Assembly: GCA_043788295.1 (NCBI GenBank)
Contig: JAYVUC010000120.1
Span: 168 to 64,167, forward strand
From: Phycisphaerales bacterium
Lineage (GTDB): Bacteria > Planctomycetota > Phycisphaerae > Phycisphaerales > UBA1924
Reading direction: 5' to 3'
DNA: 64,000 bases
Each line of letters begins with the position of its first letter. Position 1 is the stretch's first letter. Under the pieces are notes generated by a model. The model did not search any database. It worked only from the letters and a program-made list of their open reading frames with translations, and was not told the origin of the DNA. A program made the position numbers and the translations under genes. This document shows positions 18,701 to 28,757 of this stretch, one piece after another.

Positions 18701-19558
18701 GTGCTACATTCCACGCGCATGTCGGCCCCACCCCCACCCCCACTCCTCCCCCCATTCCTACCCCGCAAATCACTCATCGGCATGGTCCACGTCGGGGCCC
18801 TCCCCGGCTCGCCGTTCGCCGCCCTGCCCATCGCCGATCTCGCCCGCCAGGCCGCCGCCGAGGCCAAAGTCCTCGCCGACGCGGGCTTTGACGCCCTCAT
18901 CATCGAGAACATGCACGACGCCCCGTACGTTCATGGCTCCCCCACACCCCACGGCCCCGAGATCACCAGCGCCATGACCCGCGTCGGGCTCGCCGTCCGT
19001 GACGCGGCCCCGAATCTGCCCCTGGGCATCCAGATTCTCTCGGGCGGCAACCGCGAGGCACTCGCCGTCGCCTTGGCCATCGGCGGCACGTTCATCCGCT
19101 GCGAGAACTTCGTCTTCAGCCACGTCGCCGACGAGGGGCTTTTGGCCCAGGCCGAGGCCGGGCCGCTCTTGCGTTACCGGCGCTCGATCGGCGCCCAGCA
19201 CATCAAGGTCTTCTGCGACATCAAGAAGAAGCACGCCTCGCACGCCCTCACCGCCGACCTCTCCATCGCGGAGGCGATCGAGGGTGCCGAGTTCTTCGGG
19301 GCCGACGGCGTCATCATCACCGGCACCGCCACCGGCAAACCCACCAGCCTCGCCGACCTCGCCCAAGCCCGCGCCGCCACCAAACTCCCCCTCCTCGTCG
19401 GCAGCGGCGTCAACCCCGGAGAGCTCGCCCCGCTCTTCCAGCACGCCGACGCACTGATCGTCGGAAGCTGGATCAAGGTGGACGGCTCATGGAAGAACCC
19501 CGTGGACCCACGCCGTGCGGCTGAACTCGTCAAAGAAGCCAATCGCATTCGGTCTTGA
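18701..19558 (+). CDS. BtpA/SgcQ-family TIM-barrel protein
   Basis: LIGMVHVGALPGSP... N-terminal pattern and length typical of the BtpA family. Start may be ATG 18719. Confidence 0.75.
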   Translation: MLHSTRMSAPPPPPLLPPFLPRKSLIGMVHVGALPGSPFAALPIADLARQAAAEAKVLADAGFDALIIENMHDAPYVHGSPTPHGPEITSAMTRVGLAVRDAAPNLPLGIQILSGGNREALAVALAIGGTFIRCENFVFSHVADEGLLAQAEAGPLLRYRRSIGAQHIKVFCDIKKKHASHALTADLSIAEAIEGAEFFGADGVIITGTATGKPTSLADLAQARAATKLPLLVGSGVNPGELAPLFQHADALIVGSWIKVDGSWKNPVDPRRAAELVKEANRIRS

Positions 19559-19569
19559 TGCCTTCCGGT

Positions 19570-19590
19570 GGCCCGGTTCTCCGAACCGGG
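19570..19590. repeat. Repeated hairpin GGCCCGGTTCTCCGAACCGGG (copy 1), likely btpA terminator
   Basis: 7-bp stem CCCGGTT/AACCGGG. Identical 21-mer (24 with the preceding GGT) at 44007..44027. Confidence 0.8.
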
Positions 19591-19759
19591 TCTCTGGTAG
19601 CACCGCTCTTCAGAGCAGTGTTGTGGCTACTGGTGATTCCGAGTCCGGCCGGTGCAGTCGGGAATGGTCCAACTTGGTGACGGCCAAGACCTGATCGCGC
19701 CGTCGCACCAATTTACGGCGGCCGCCCTCCGTCAGCCTGCTGAAGCGGACTGAGAAGGC

Positions 19760-19799
19760 GGCCCCGGTTCATTCCTTTCTCAAGGGCTGAACCGGGGCC
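19760..19799. repeat. 12-bp perfect hairpin GGCCCCGGTTCA-N16-TGAACCGGGGCC
   Basis: Read directly. The stem is related to the 19570 hairpin. Lies 3' of the minus-strand FN3-like gene. Confidence 0.7.
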
Positions 19800-19812
19800 A
19801 CGTGTGCTTGCA

Positions 19813-19855
19813 TCACCACATTCTCTTCTCTGTGCCTCTGTGTCGCTTGTGGTGA
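19813..19855. repeat. Copy of the CTCTGTGCCTC...TGTGGTGA element (same family as 31752..31871)
   Basis: TCACCACA (19813-20) pairs with TGTGGTGA (19848-55). Shares the 11-mer CTCTGTGCCTC with the right arm at 31840..31871. Confidence 0.6.
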
Positions 19856-19871
19856 CTCTTCTTCTGTGTCT

Positions 19872-20561
19872 TCACGCCGCCATCTTCACCGGCGCACTCT
19901 CGGTCGAGGCGATGAAGATGGAACCGCCCCCGCCCACGCGGCCGAAGCGGATGGTGAGGGCCTCGCTCCAGGCCGACGACTGCGAGCCGCGTTTGGACTT
20001 GATCGCGTAGGAGACGCTCTGCGTGCCCACGGGGACGGTCTCGTCGATGAAGGTCTTGCCGCCGACCGAATCGAGCAGCACGAATGCCCCACCATCGATC
20101 GAGCGACGCACCGAGTAGATGACGCCGCTGACGCCCTGGGGCTGGCTGGCCTTCCACTTGACGATGACGTTGCCCTGGCTGTCGAGCGTCGCGACGAGCG
20201 TGCTGGGGGCGACGGGGTCGGGGGCGGTGCCGGGTGCGGCGTTGGGCTCAAGGCCCGCCTGTCCCCACAAGGCCGCGTTGTTGGAGTTCTCGATGAACGC
20301 CTTCATCACGTTCACGGTGTCGCGCCCGATGATGAGCATGCTGGCGACCTGCGTGTCCTGCGCGGTCGTCGCGTTCTTGGCGGCCTGCTTCGCGGCCTGG
20401 GCCGCGTTGTAGGCGTTGCGGGCGGCCTTGGTCGCGTTGTCCACCGCCGTCACCTGCGCCGCCGTCGTGCCAAACGCGGTGGGCGTGGCGGCCCAGAGCG
20501 GCACGTGCGTCTCGAACCACACGATCTGATCGAGTTTGGGCTGGGAGGGGATGTTGGGCAT
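19872..20561 (-). CDS. Hypothetical protein with C-terminal fibronectin-III-like domain
   Basis: ORF 19872..20876 trimmed to ATG 20561, which is preceded by AAAGAGG. The C-terminal half (VKWKASQPQGVSGVIYSVRRSIDGGAFVLLDSVGGKTFIDETVPVGTQSVSYAIKSKRG) reads like FN3. The N-terminal half is Ala/Gln/Asn-rich and of unknown function. Confidence 0.55.
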   Translation of the reverse strand: MPNIPSQPKLDQIVWFETHVPLWAATPTAFGTTAAQVTAVDNATKAARNAYNAAQAAKQAAKNATTAQDTQVASMLIIGRDTVNVMKAFIENSNNAALWGQAGLEPNAAPGTAPDPVAPSTLVATLDSQGNVIVKWKASQPQGVSGVIYSVRRSIDGGAFVLLDSVGGKTFIDETVPVGTQSVSYAIKSKRGSQSSAWSEALTIRFGRVGGGGSIFIASTESAPVKMAA

Positions 20562-21027
20562 GACGGCCTCTTTCTGCGGCGTGGCCGCGTGATGTGATGG
20601 AAATGCTTGGAGAGCATCGGGCGCGACAGCCCGCAACTTCGCCCCAAGCGGAATAGACGCCATATTCGACGCACCACGCGCCCCGATAGACGGCACAGGC
20701 GGCGCAGACGGCATAGGCCCAACCACACAGGCCGCGTACGGCTTCAGGCGGGCCGCATCGGCTTGTCCGACGGGATGGCCCCGAAGAAGTACAAAACGGC
20801 GTGGAAGCGCCGACAAAACACATGGCGCTTCAGAACACCAATCCGATCCAAGAGAAATACCACGCCATTCCACCAAAACACGAAACGGAGAATTGGAAAA
20901 AGGACATCTATTTTCTCGCGAACGACACCATCGAATGAAAACACCGGGAGGTTCGGGAACTTTGCGGGTCGGCGATTCCAGTCGCCGCCAACCTTGCCGT
21001 TCGGTCGTGCCCGCGTAGGATCACCGC

Positions 21028-23010
21028 ATGGCAGTGACCATTCACGGCAACATGAACTGCAGGGAATACGACGCGGCGCTGGCTCTCCAACCTATTCTCA
21101 GAGAGTTGCTGGGCAGCGATCAGAATGAGGCGCGAATTGTCGTTGGGGCGTTCACACCAGGAGTCGGCCCAGTTGAGGAAATGGACCTCGTGGTTCTGGC
21201 AAGATGTATCAGGCCAATCGCGATACCGACCGAGTTTCTACCTCAAGACTTGCAATCGAAGCCTGCCGTGCTTAGCGATTTCGCATTGGCCATCGAAGTG
21301 AAGGAGCTTCCGCCCGAAAGGATCACTTTCGAGGGGACGGATGTCAAGGTCAGATATCACCACCGAGTTACGGGCCGACTCGAGGAGAAATCCGCGACAA
21401 CGCAGGTACAGAAGCAGCCCCATGTACTCCGCGAGTTCATGGAGAGGCATCGCGGCGAGAAGGCCTCGCCTTGGTGGCTGTCCGCGTTGTGGCTCCGCAA
21501 TGTTCCCACAGCACAAATTCCTGCTCATTTCACCAATGTGCTCGGAGCGTCGCCGCAGGCAAACGACTTTCTCCGCCTTCTGGTCGCCCTGCGCGAAGAA
21601 GGTCTTCGCTACAGCATGAAAGAAGGGCACTTCAAATCCTATCTCAGCTGCTGCTCCAAGAAGCAGTGTGCCGAACTCATAGGTGCGATGGAACTTTTCA
21701 CGCGCAAGATTGAACCCACGGAGCAAGAGCGGAAGAAGATTGAGAAAATCACCAAGCGAACCACGTCAAGAGAGATGCCGGGCTATCTCTCGGAAGTCGG
21801 CACGCTTCTCTTGCGATTTCGTGGCCGGGGTGGCTCCGGCAAGACAGTTCGCCTTTTGCAGCTTGCTCACCAACTGCGAGAGGAGAAAGGAAATCGCGTC
21901 TTGTTCCTCACGTACAACAAAGCGCTCGCCGCCGACTTGCGACGTCTCCTTGCGATCATGGGCATACGCGAGAAATCTGACGGAGCGACGATCAGCATTG
22001 AAACGAGTCAGAAGTACTTTTACGCAGTACTACGAGCTTGGAAAATGGCCCCAGATGGATCATTTGAGGATCAAGGATATGGCGAGCGCTTCGAACTAGC
22101 AAAGCAAGAACTCGCGACGCTAATCGGCAAAGAAGTGGCCACATCACTGCGGAAGGAATCGGTGTGGAACGATGAATCATTTCTTACCGACTGGAACATT
22201 GTCATGATTGACGAGGCCCAAGATTGGTTCGACTACGAACGAGATATTCTCTCGTCAGTTTTTGGGCCTGAACGACTCGTCATCGCCGATGGGGTTGATC
22301 AGTTGACTCGGCGAGATGGACGATGTGACTGGCTTGCAAATGTGCCGACTGATCGGCGCAAGTCTGTAAATCTCACCAAGAGCCTGCGTCTCAAGTCCAA
22401 TATTTGTCGCTTTATCCGAGCTTTTGCCGACGAGGCGGATCTTCCATGGGATCTAGAAATCAACGAGGAAGTTCTAGGTGGTCGAATCATCCTAATTCAT
22501 GGACCGTACACGCGAGAGCAACACGACTACGTGATGAGCGGGCACGCGCGTCTTGGCAACAAGCCTATCGACGCACTGTTTTGCGTCACCACGGCAGCCG
22601 GTGCCGCAGGCGGCAACGTTGCGCAACGACTCAAAGAGTGGGGAGAAAAAGTCTGGGATGGCACGTCGAAGGACATACGCGACACCTACCCGGATGATCT
22701 GGCTCAGTTTCGAGTTGTGAGGTACGAGTCTTGCCGTGGGCTCGAAGGCTGGACAGCCGTCTGCCTCGACTTCGACCGGTTTTCACAGCGTCAGTTCCAG
22801 ACTCGGAAGGAACAACCCGCCGATTCGTTGTACCAAGATCTCGATACTACCGCGAAGCAATTTGCCGCACGCTGGGGGATGATCCCCATGACGCGAGCGA
22901 TCGACACGCTTGTCCTGCAGGTTAGTCCAGCGACGCCGATTGCAGACATACTTCGCCGATTGGCTGCGAAGCATCCGGACTTTGTTGAACAGCGCGGAGA
23001 ATCGACGTGA
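21028..23010 (+). CDS. NERD/PD-(D/E)xK nuclease domain fused to SF1 (UvrD-like) helicase
   Basis: 660 aa, visibly AT-richer. N-terminal EMDLVVL...FALAIEVKE (D...ExK). Walker A FRGRGGSGKT, Walker B IVMIDEAQDW, C-terminal RYESCRGLEGW and IPMTRAIDTLVL. Confidence 0.75.
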   Translation: MAVTIHGNMNCREYDAALALQPILRELLGSDQNEARIVVGAFTPGVGPVEEMDLVVLARCIRPIAIPTEFLPQDLQSKPAVLSDFALAIEVKELPPERITFEGTDVKVRYHHRVTGRLEEKSATTQVQKQPHVLREFMERHRGEKASPWWLSALWLRNVPTAQIPAHFTNVLGASPQANDFLRLLVALREEGLRYSMKEGHFKSYLSCCSKKQCAELIGAMELFTRKIEPTEQERKKIEKITKRTTSREMPGYLSEVGTLLLRFRGRGGSGKTVRLLQLAHQLREEKGNRVLFLTYNKALAADLRRLLAIMGIREKSDGATISIETSQKYFYAVLRAWKMAPDGSFEDQGYGERFELAKQELATLIGKEVATSLRKESVWNDESFLTDWNIVMIDEAQDWFDYERDILSSVFGPERLVIADGVDQLTRRDGRCDWLANVPTDRRKSVNLTKSLRLKSNICRFIRAFADEADLPWDLEINEEVLGGRIILIHGPYTREQHDYVMSGHARLGNKPIDALFCVTTAAGAAGGNVAQRLKEWGEKVWDGTSKDIRDTYPDDLAQFRVVRYESCRGLEGWTAVCLDFDRFSQRQFQTRKEQPADSLYQDLDTTAKQFAARWGMIPMTRAIDTLVLQVSPATPIADILRRLAAKHPDFVEQRGEST

Positions 23011-23174
23011 CCCTTCAGCAGGCTGCCCGAGAGTTTGGGAGCGTGCCACGGCGATCCCCCCTCCGCGTCCCTTTGCGCTCCTCCGCTACCTCCGCGTTCG
23101 GCCTTTCCCCCCCACCCCAACCCCCCCACCCTCTCGCCTGAACCTACCCTCCCTTCATGCGAGAACCATCGGAC

Positions 23175-23315
23175 ATGCCCCTCAACAACCCCGCACGCGG
23201 CGAACGGCTGCAGCGGGTCATGGCCGACGCGGGCGTGGCCGCCCGGCGTCAGTGCGAGGCGATCATCGAGCAGGGGCTGGTGAAGGTCAACGAACGCCGG
23301 GTGGCATTGACCTGA
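23175..23315 (+). pseudogene. S4 RNA-binding domain fragment (N-terminus of an RluB/RsuA-type pseudouridine synthase?)
   Basis: 46-codon ORF MPLNNPARGERLQRVMADAGVAARRQCEAIIEQGLVKVNERRVALT-stop matches the S4 N-terminus of pseudouridine synthases. No catalytic domain follows in any frame before the ABC-F gene. Confidence 0.4.
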
Positions 23316-23413
23316 AAGCGTGCCACTGACCTCGTCGTTCCTGCGGCGAAGTCAGTGCGGACAGCCCTGCAAGTGTGGTGAACCCAAAGTCACTGACGTG
23401 CCCTTCCCCCCCA

Positions 23414-25315
<1,902 letters not shown>

Positions 25316-25324
25316 ACGACACTC

Positions 25325-25356
25325 GCAAGGATCACCCTATCGGGATGATCCTTGCC
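25325..25356. terminator. Hairpin GCAAGGATCACCC...GGGATGATCCTTGC between convergent genes
   Basis: Lies 10 nt after the ABC-F stop and 14 nt from the stop of the minus-strand small gene. Member of the GGATCA-hairpin family (also 50053, 50464). Confidence 0.55.
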
Positions 25357-25369
25357 ACCCCCACCCTGC

Positions 25370-25522
25370 TTACGCCTTCGCTTTGGCGGGCGCAGCGGCC
25401 GTGACAGCAGCCTTCACCTGGCTGTCGGGCACATGCACTTCGACAACGCCGCTCTTCCACTTGCGGCTCTTGCCGTTGCGCTTCTTGCTCCGCCAGCGGA
25501 CCTTTTTCTTGATGATCGCCAT
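25370..25522 (-). CDS. Small, highly basic protein (50 aa), function unknown
   Basis: MAIIKKKVRWRSKKRNGKSRKWKSGVVEVHVPDSQVKAAVTAAAPAKAKA. AGGAG lies 5-6 nt upstream of ATG 25522. Confidence 0.45.
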   Translation of the reverse strand: MAIIKKKVRWRSKKRNGKSRKWKSGVVEVHVPDSQVKAAVTAAAPAKAKA

Positions 25523-25698
25523 GACTGCTCCTGATCCCATTTCCCCGAAACTGATCCCAAACCTCGCCCTGACGGGCTTGGCACCTGGGAGGGAATGATT
25601 CGCTCGCTCATGCCTCGGGACCACTCGCCACGGAAGATCGCCGTGCGATTGACGTACTTTCAAGCACGCCCGCGGTCTGCGGGGAGTACGCTCGTCCC

Positions 25699-26991
25699 AT
25701 GCCCACCGACCTTGCTGCCCACGCTCGCCGCCAATTTCCAGCACTTGACCGCGGCACGATCTTCCTCGACAACGCTGGCGGGTCGCAGATTCCCATCCAG
25801 GCGATCGACGCGGTCCAACGGTACTTTATCGAGAGTTTCTCGCAAATGGGAGGCGAGTACGACCAGTCGGTCAGGGCAGCCCGAACCGTCAAGACCGCCC
25901 ACTCGGTCGTCAAGGCCTATCTCAACGGCGGGACGCCCGGCTGGGGCCGCCCCGCGGGCTTTGAGGCCGGCCAGGGCTCGGGCGATGTCATTCTGGGCAC
26001 GTCGACGACCGCGCTCATCCATCTCATCGCCAATGCGTACGCCGACGCGCACAGCCAGAGACCGGGCCGAAACCAGATCATCGTCTGCACCGCCGCCCAC
26101 GAGGCGAACGTGTGGCCCTGGGCAAGGTTGTCGGGACGCGGGTTCGAGATCGTGCCGTGGCACCTTGAAGCAGAGGGCCTCGGGCTTCGCTCCGGGATGC
26201 GTCCCAACATCGGGACGCTCAGGACGTTGCTGAATGATCGGACGCTGCTGGTCGCGTTCCCGCAGGTCTCCAACATTCTGGGCGAGACGTGGGACGCAAG
26301 GGCCGTCGCCGACGCTGCGCACGCCGTCGGTGCGCGGGTGATGATCGATGGCGTCGCGTACGCCCCCCACCACGCGCCCGACGTTGTTGCCCTGGCCTGC
26401 GACTGGTTCGTCTATTCAACCTACAAGGTGTACGGCCCGCACATGGCGGCCCTGTTCGGCACGCACAACGCCTGGGCAGGATTGACAGGCCCCAATCATC
26501 CATTCATCCCCCGCGAGGAAACACACCGCAAGTGGGAGCTTGGTGGCGTCTCGCACGAGGGGTGTGCGGCGATCGCTGCACTGAAGGACTTTGCCGCTGT
26601 GCTGTGCGGCGAGGATACGAACGCTCCGATCGAGCGAGGCGTCTTTGAGCGGGCGTTCAAGATCATCGAGGAACTCGAGAGGCCCCTGACCGAGCGGCTG
26701 CTCGCGCACCTTCGCACGAGGAGCAAGGTGAAGATAATCGGCTCCGCCGAGGCCGGCCCGGATCGCATCTGCACCGTCGCGTTCACAGTCGAGGGCCGCA
26801 AGAGCGCCGACATTGCAAAGGCCGCCAACGCCAAGGGGCTGGGAATCCGCTTCGGCCACTTCTACTCACGCAGGCTCGTCGAGCGTTTGCGACTCGACCC
26901 CGACGACGGCGTCGTTCGGGTGAGCCTTGCCCACTACAACACGCCAGCGGAACTTGACCAGCTTTCCGCGCACTTCGACGACACCCTTTGA
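25699..26991 (+). CDS. Class-V aminotransferase-fold PLP enzyme (cysteine desulfurase-like)
   Basis: 430 aa. FLDNAGGSQIP, SNILGE, PLP-Lys context FVYSTYKVYGP. Confidence 0.8.
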   Translation: MPTDLAAHARRQFPALDRGTIFLDNAGGSQIPIQAIDAVQRYFIESFSQMGGEYDQSVRAARTVKTAHSVVKAYLNGGTPGWGRPAGFEAGQGSGDVILGTSTTALIHLIANAYADAHSQRPGRNQIIVCTAAHEANVWPWARLSGRGFEIVPWHLEAEGLGLRSGMRPNIGTLRTLLNDRTLLVAFPQVSNILGETWDARAVADAAHAVGARVMIDGVAYAPHHAPDVVALACDWFVYSTYKVYGPHMAALFGTHNAWAGLTGPNHPFIPREETHRKWELGGVSHEGCAAIAALKDFAAVLCGEDTNAPIERGVFERAFKIIEELERPLTERLLAHLRTRSKVKIIGSAEAGPDRICTVAFTVEGRKSADIAKAANAKGLGIRFGHFYSRRLVERLRLDPDDGVVRVSLAHYNTPAELDQLSAHFDDTL

Positions 26992-27010
26992 GTGCGAATA
27001 AACTCCCACC

Positions 27011-28018
27011 GTGAACCTTGAGCGCCTCCGACAGCTTGCCGTCCCGATCGATGTGCTCGCGCACCCGGTCACACAGCTCATCGTTGCGATCGTCGTGGGC
27101 GCGATGGTCCTGTCACCCCTGGGTCTTTGGCTCTCGTCCAGGCGTGCCAGCCGCACCCCGGAATCCCGGATGACAGCCCGCACCCGCGTGCGCACCTGGC
27201 TCCTCATCGCACCGGCGATCCTGGCTCCGATCCTTCTGGGCCAGCTCTGGACCATGATCGCTATCGGCGTGCTCGCCGTCTTTTGCTACCGCGAGTTCGC
27301 AAGAGCAACCGGGCTCTTCAGAGAACGTCTGACCTCGGCGATGGTCGCGGCGGGGATCATCGTCTACGCGCTTGTCACGATCGACCATTGGCCCCAGCTC
27401 TCTTCGACACTCATGGGGCTCGTGCCTCTGGTCATCGCGTGCGTTTCGATTCTCGCGGACCGCCCCGCGGGATACATTCAGCGCGTGGGGCTTGGATGCG
27501 GCGCGTTCCTGCTCTTTGGGATCGGCATCGGACGCCTGGGATCCTTCGCACAGGACGACAACTTCAGGCCCATCATCCTGCTGCTGCTTTTTTGCACGCA
27601 GCTCAACGATCTTGCGGCGTTCGCCTTTGGCACCACCATCGGCGGGCCGAAGCTCGTTCCAAACACCAGCCCCGGCAAAACGCTCGCGGGCCACATCGGG
27701 GGAACCATCCCCGCCGCCACCGCCGCATACGTGCTGGGCGGGCTGGTCTTCGCCGGCACATCCATGGATACGCCGCTGCGCCTGGGCGGGTTTGCGATTC
27801 TCGTCGCGATCCTTGGCCAGCTCGGCGACCTGTTATCATCCTCGATCAAACGCGACATCGGCATCAAGGACATGGGCACACTCCTCCCGGGACACGGCGG
27901 GCTGCTCGACCGTTTCAATAGCGTCCTGCTCGTCGCCCCCGGCGCGTATCACTACATCCACTACTTCAACGGCGTCGCCAGGATCGCCCCCGAGCGCATC
28001 TTGACTGGGAGCTGGTAA
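27011..28018 (+). CDS. cdsA: Phosphatidate cytidylyltransferase
   Basis: GTG start. SPGKTLAGHIGG and signature SSIKRDIGIKDMGTLLPGHGGLLDRFNS. Confidence 0.9.
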   Translation: MNLERLRQLAVPIDVLAHPVTQLIVAIVVGAMVLSPLGLWLSSRRASRTPESRMTARTRVRTWLLIAPAILAPILLGQLWTMIAIGVLAVFCYREFARATGLFRERLTSAMVAAGIIVYALVTIDHWPQLSSTLMGLVPLVIACVSILADRPAGYIQRVGLGCGAFLLFGIGIGRLGSFAQDDNFRPIILLLLFCTQLNDLAAFAFGTTIGGPKLVPNTSPGKTLAGHIGGTIPAATAAYVLGGLVFAGTSMDTPLRLGGFAILVAILGQLGDLLSSSIKRDIGIKDMGTLLPGHGGLLDRFNSVLLVAPGAYHYIHYFNGVARIAPERILTGSW

Positions 28019-28752
28019 TGCCCGACTGGCAATACAAGCCCGCCAAGGACCTTACGCTCAACTCCGTCGAACGCTTCCGGAGCGAACGCCGAGAGCCAGG
28101 GCTTGTCTCATACCTCACCAATCGCGTCGCGACGGGCGGCCTGCGAGCGTACTTCCAGATTTATCATCGCCTTCGCATCGAGGGCGCGGAGCACCTTCCG
28201 CGTCAGACGCCGTTCGTGCTGATCTCGAATCACACGAGCCACCTCGACGCCCTCGTGCTCGCCGCGTGCCTGCCGCGCTCAGTGCGCGGCTCCACCTACC
28301 CGATTGCTGCGGGCGATGTGTTCTTTGAGACCCCGCGGCTGGCTGTCTTCTCGTCGATGGTCCTCAACGCGCTCCCGATGTGGCGAAAGAAGATCGGCCG
28401 CCACGCGCTGGACGATCTCCGCACGAAGCTGCTCGTGGGTGATTGCGGGTACATTCTTTTCCCCGAGGGCACCAGGAGCCGCGATGGCCGCCCCGGGCCC
28501 TTTCGTCCTGGGCTTGGAATGCTGGTCGCGGGCACGTCGGTACCCGTGGTGCCGTGCCATCTCGAAGGCTGCCACAAGGCGTTATCGTCGGAACACATGG
28601 TGCCGCGCCGCGAGCAGATCCGCCTGCGCGTGGGCCCCCCGATCTCGTTCGCAAGCGCCACGCAGGATCGAGAGGGCTGGACGCTTGTCACCAAGACGGC
28701 TCAGGACGCAGTCTCCGCGCTCTCTGGGCAGCCCCTGCCCATGGCGAATTGA
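28018..28752 (+). CDS. plsC: 1-acyl-sn-glycerol-3-phosphate acyltransferase
   Basis: NHTSHLDA (HxxxxD) and FPEGTRS. Start overlaps the cdsA stop (TAATG). Confidence 0.85.
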   Translation: MPDWQYKPAKDLTLNSVERFRSERREPGLVSYLTNRVATGGLRAYFQIYHRLRIEGAEHLPRQTPFVLISNHTSHLDALVLAACLPRSVRGSTYPIAAGDVFFETPRLAVFSSMVLNALPMWRKKIGRHALDDLRTKLLVGDCGYILFPEGTRSRDGRPGPFRPGLGMLVAGTSVPVVPCHLEGCHKALSSEHMVPRREQIRLRVGPPISFASATQDREGWTLVTKTAQDAVSALSGQPLPMAN

Positions 28753-28757
28753 ACCGC

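Noticed and set aside
19600-19720. Resemblance to parts of a cobalamin riboswitch (GGCTACTGG...GGGAATGG...GGCCAAGACCTGA versus the GCCACTG / B12-box region).
   Set aside because: Only loose matches to the 3' half exist, and the conserved 5' core could not be found. No co-oriented downstream gene is available for it to regulate, because the next gene is on the opposite strand.
20562-20876. N-terminal 105-codon extension of the FN3-like ORF.
   Set aside because: The extension is low-complexity. The internal ATG at 20561 has a strong AAAGAGG RBS, and the conserved-looking sequence starts there. The true start remains uncertain.
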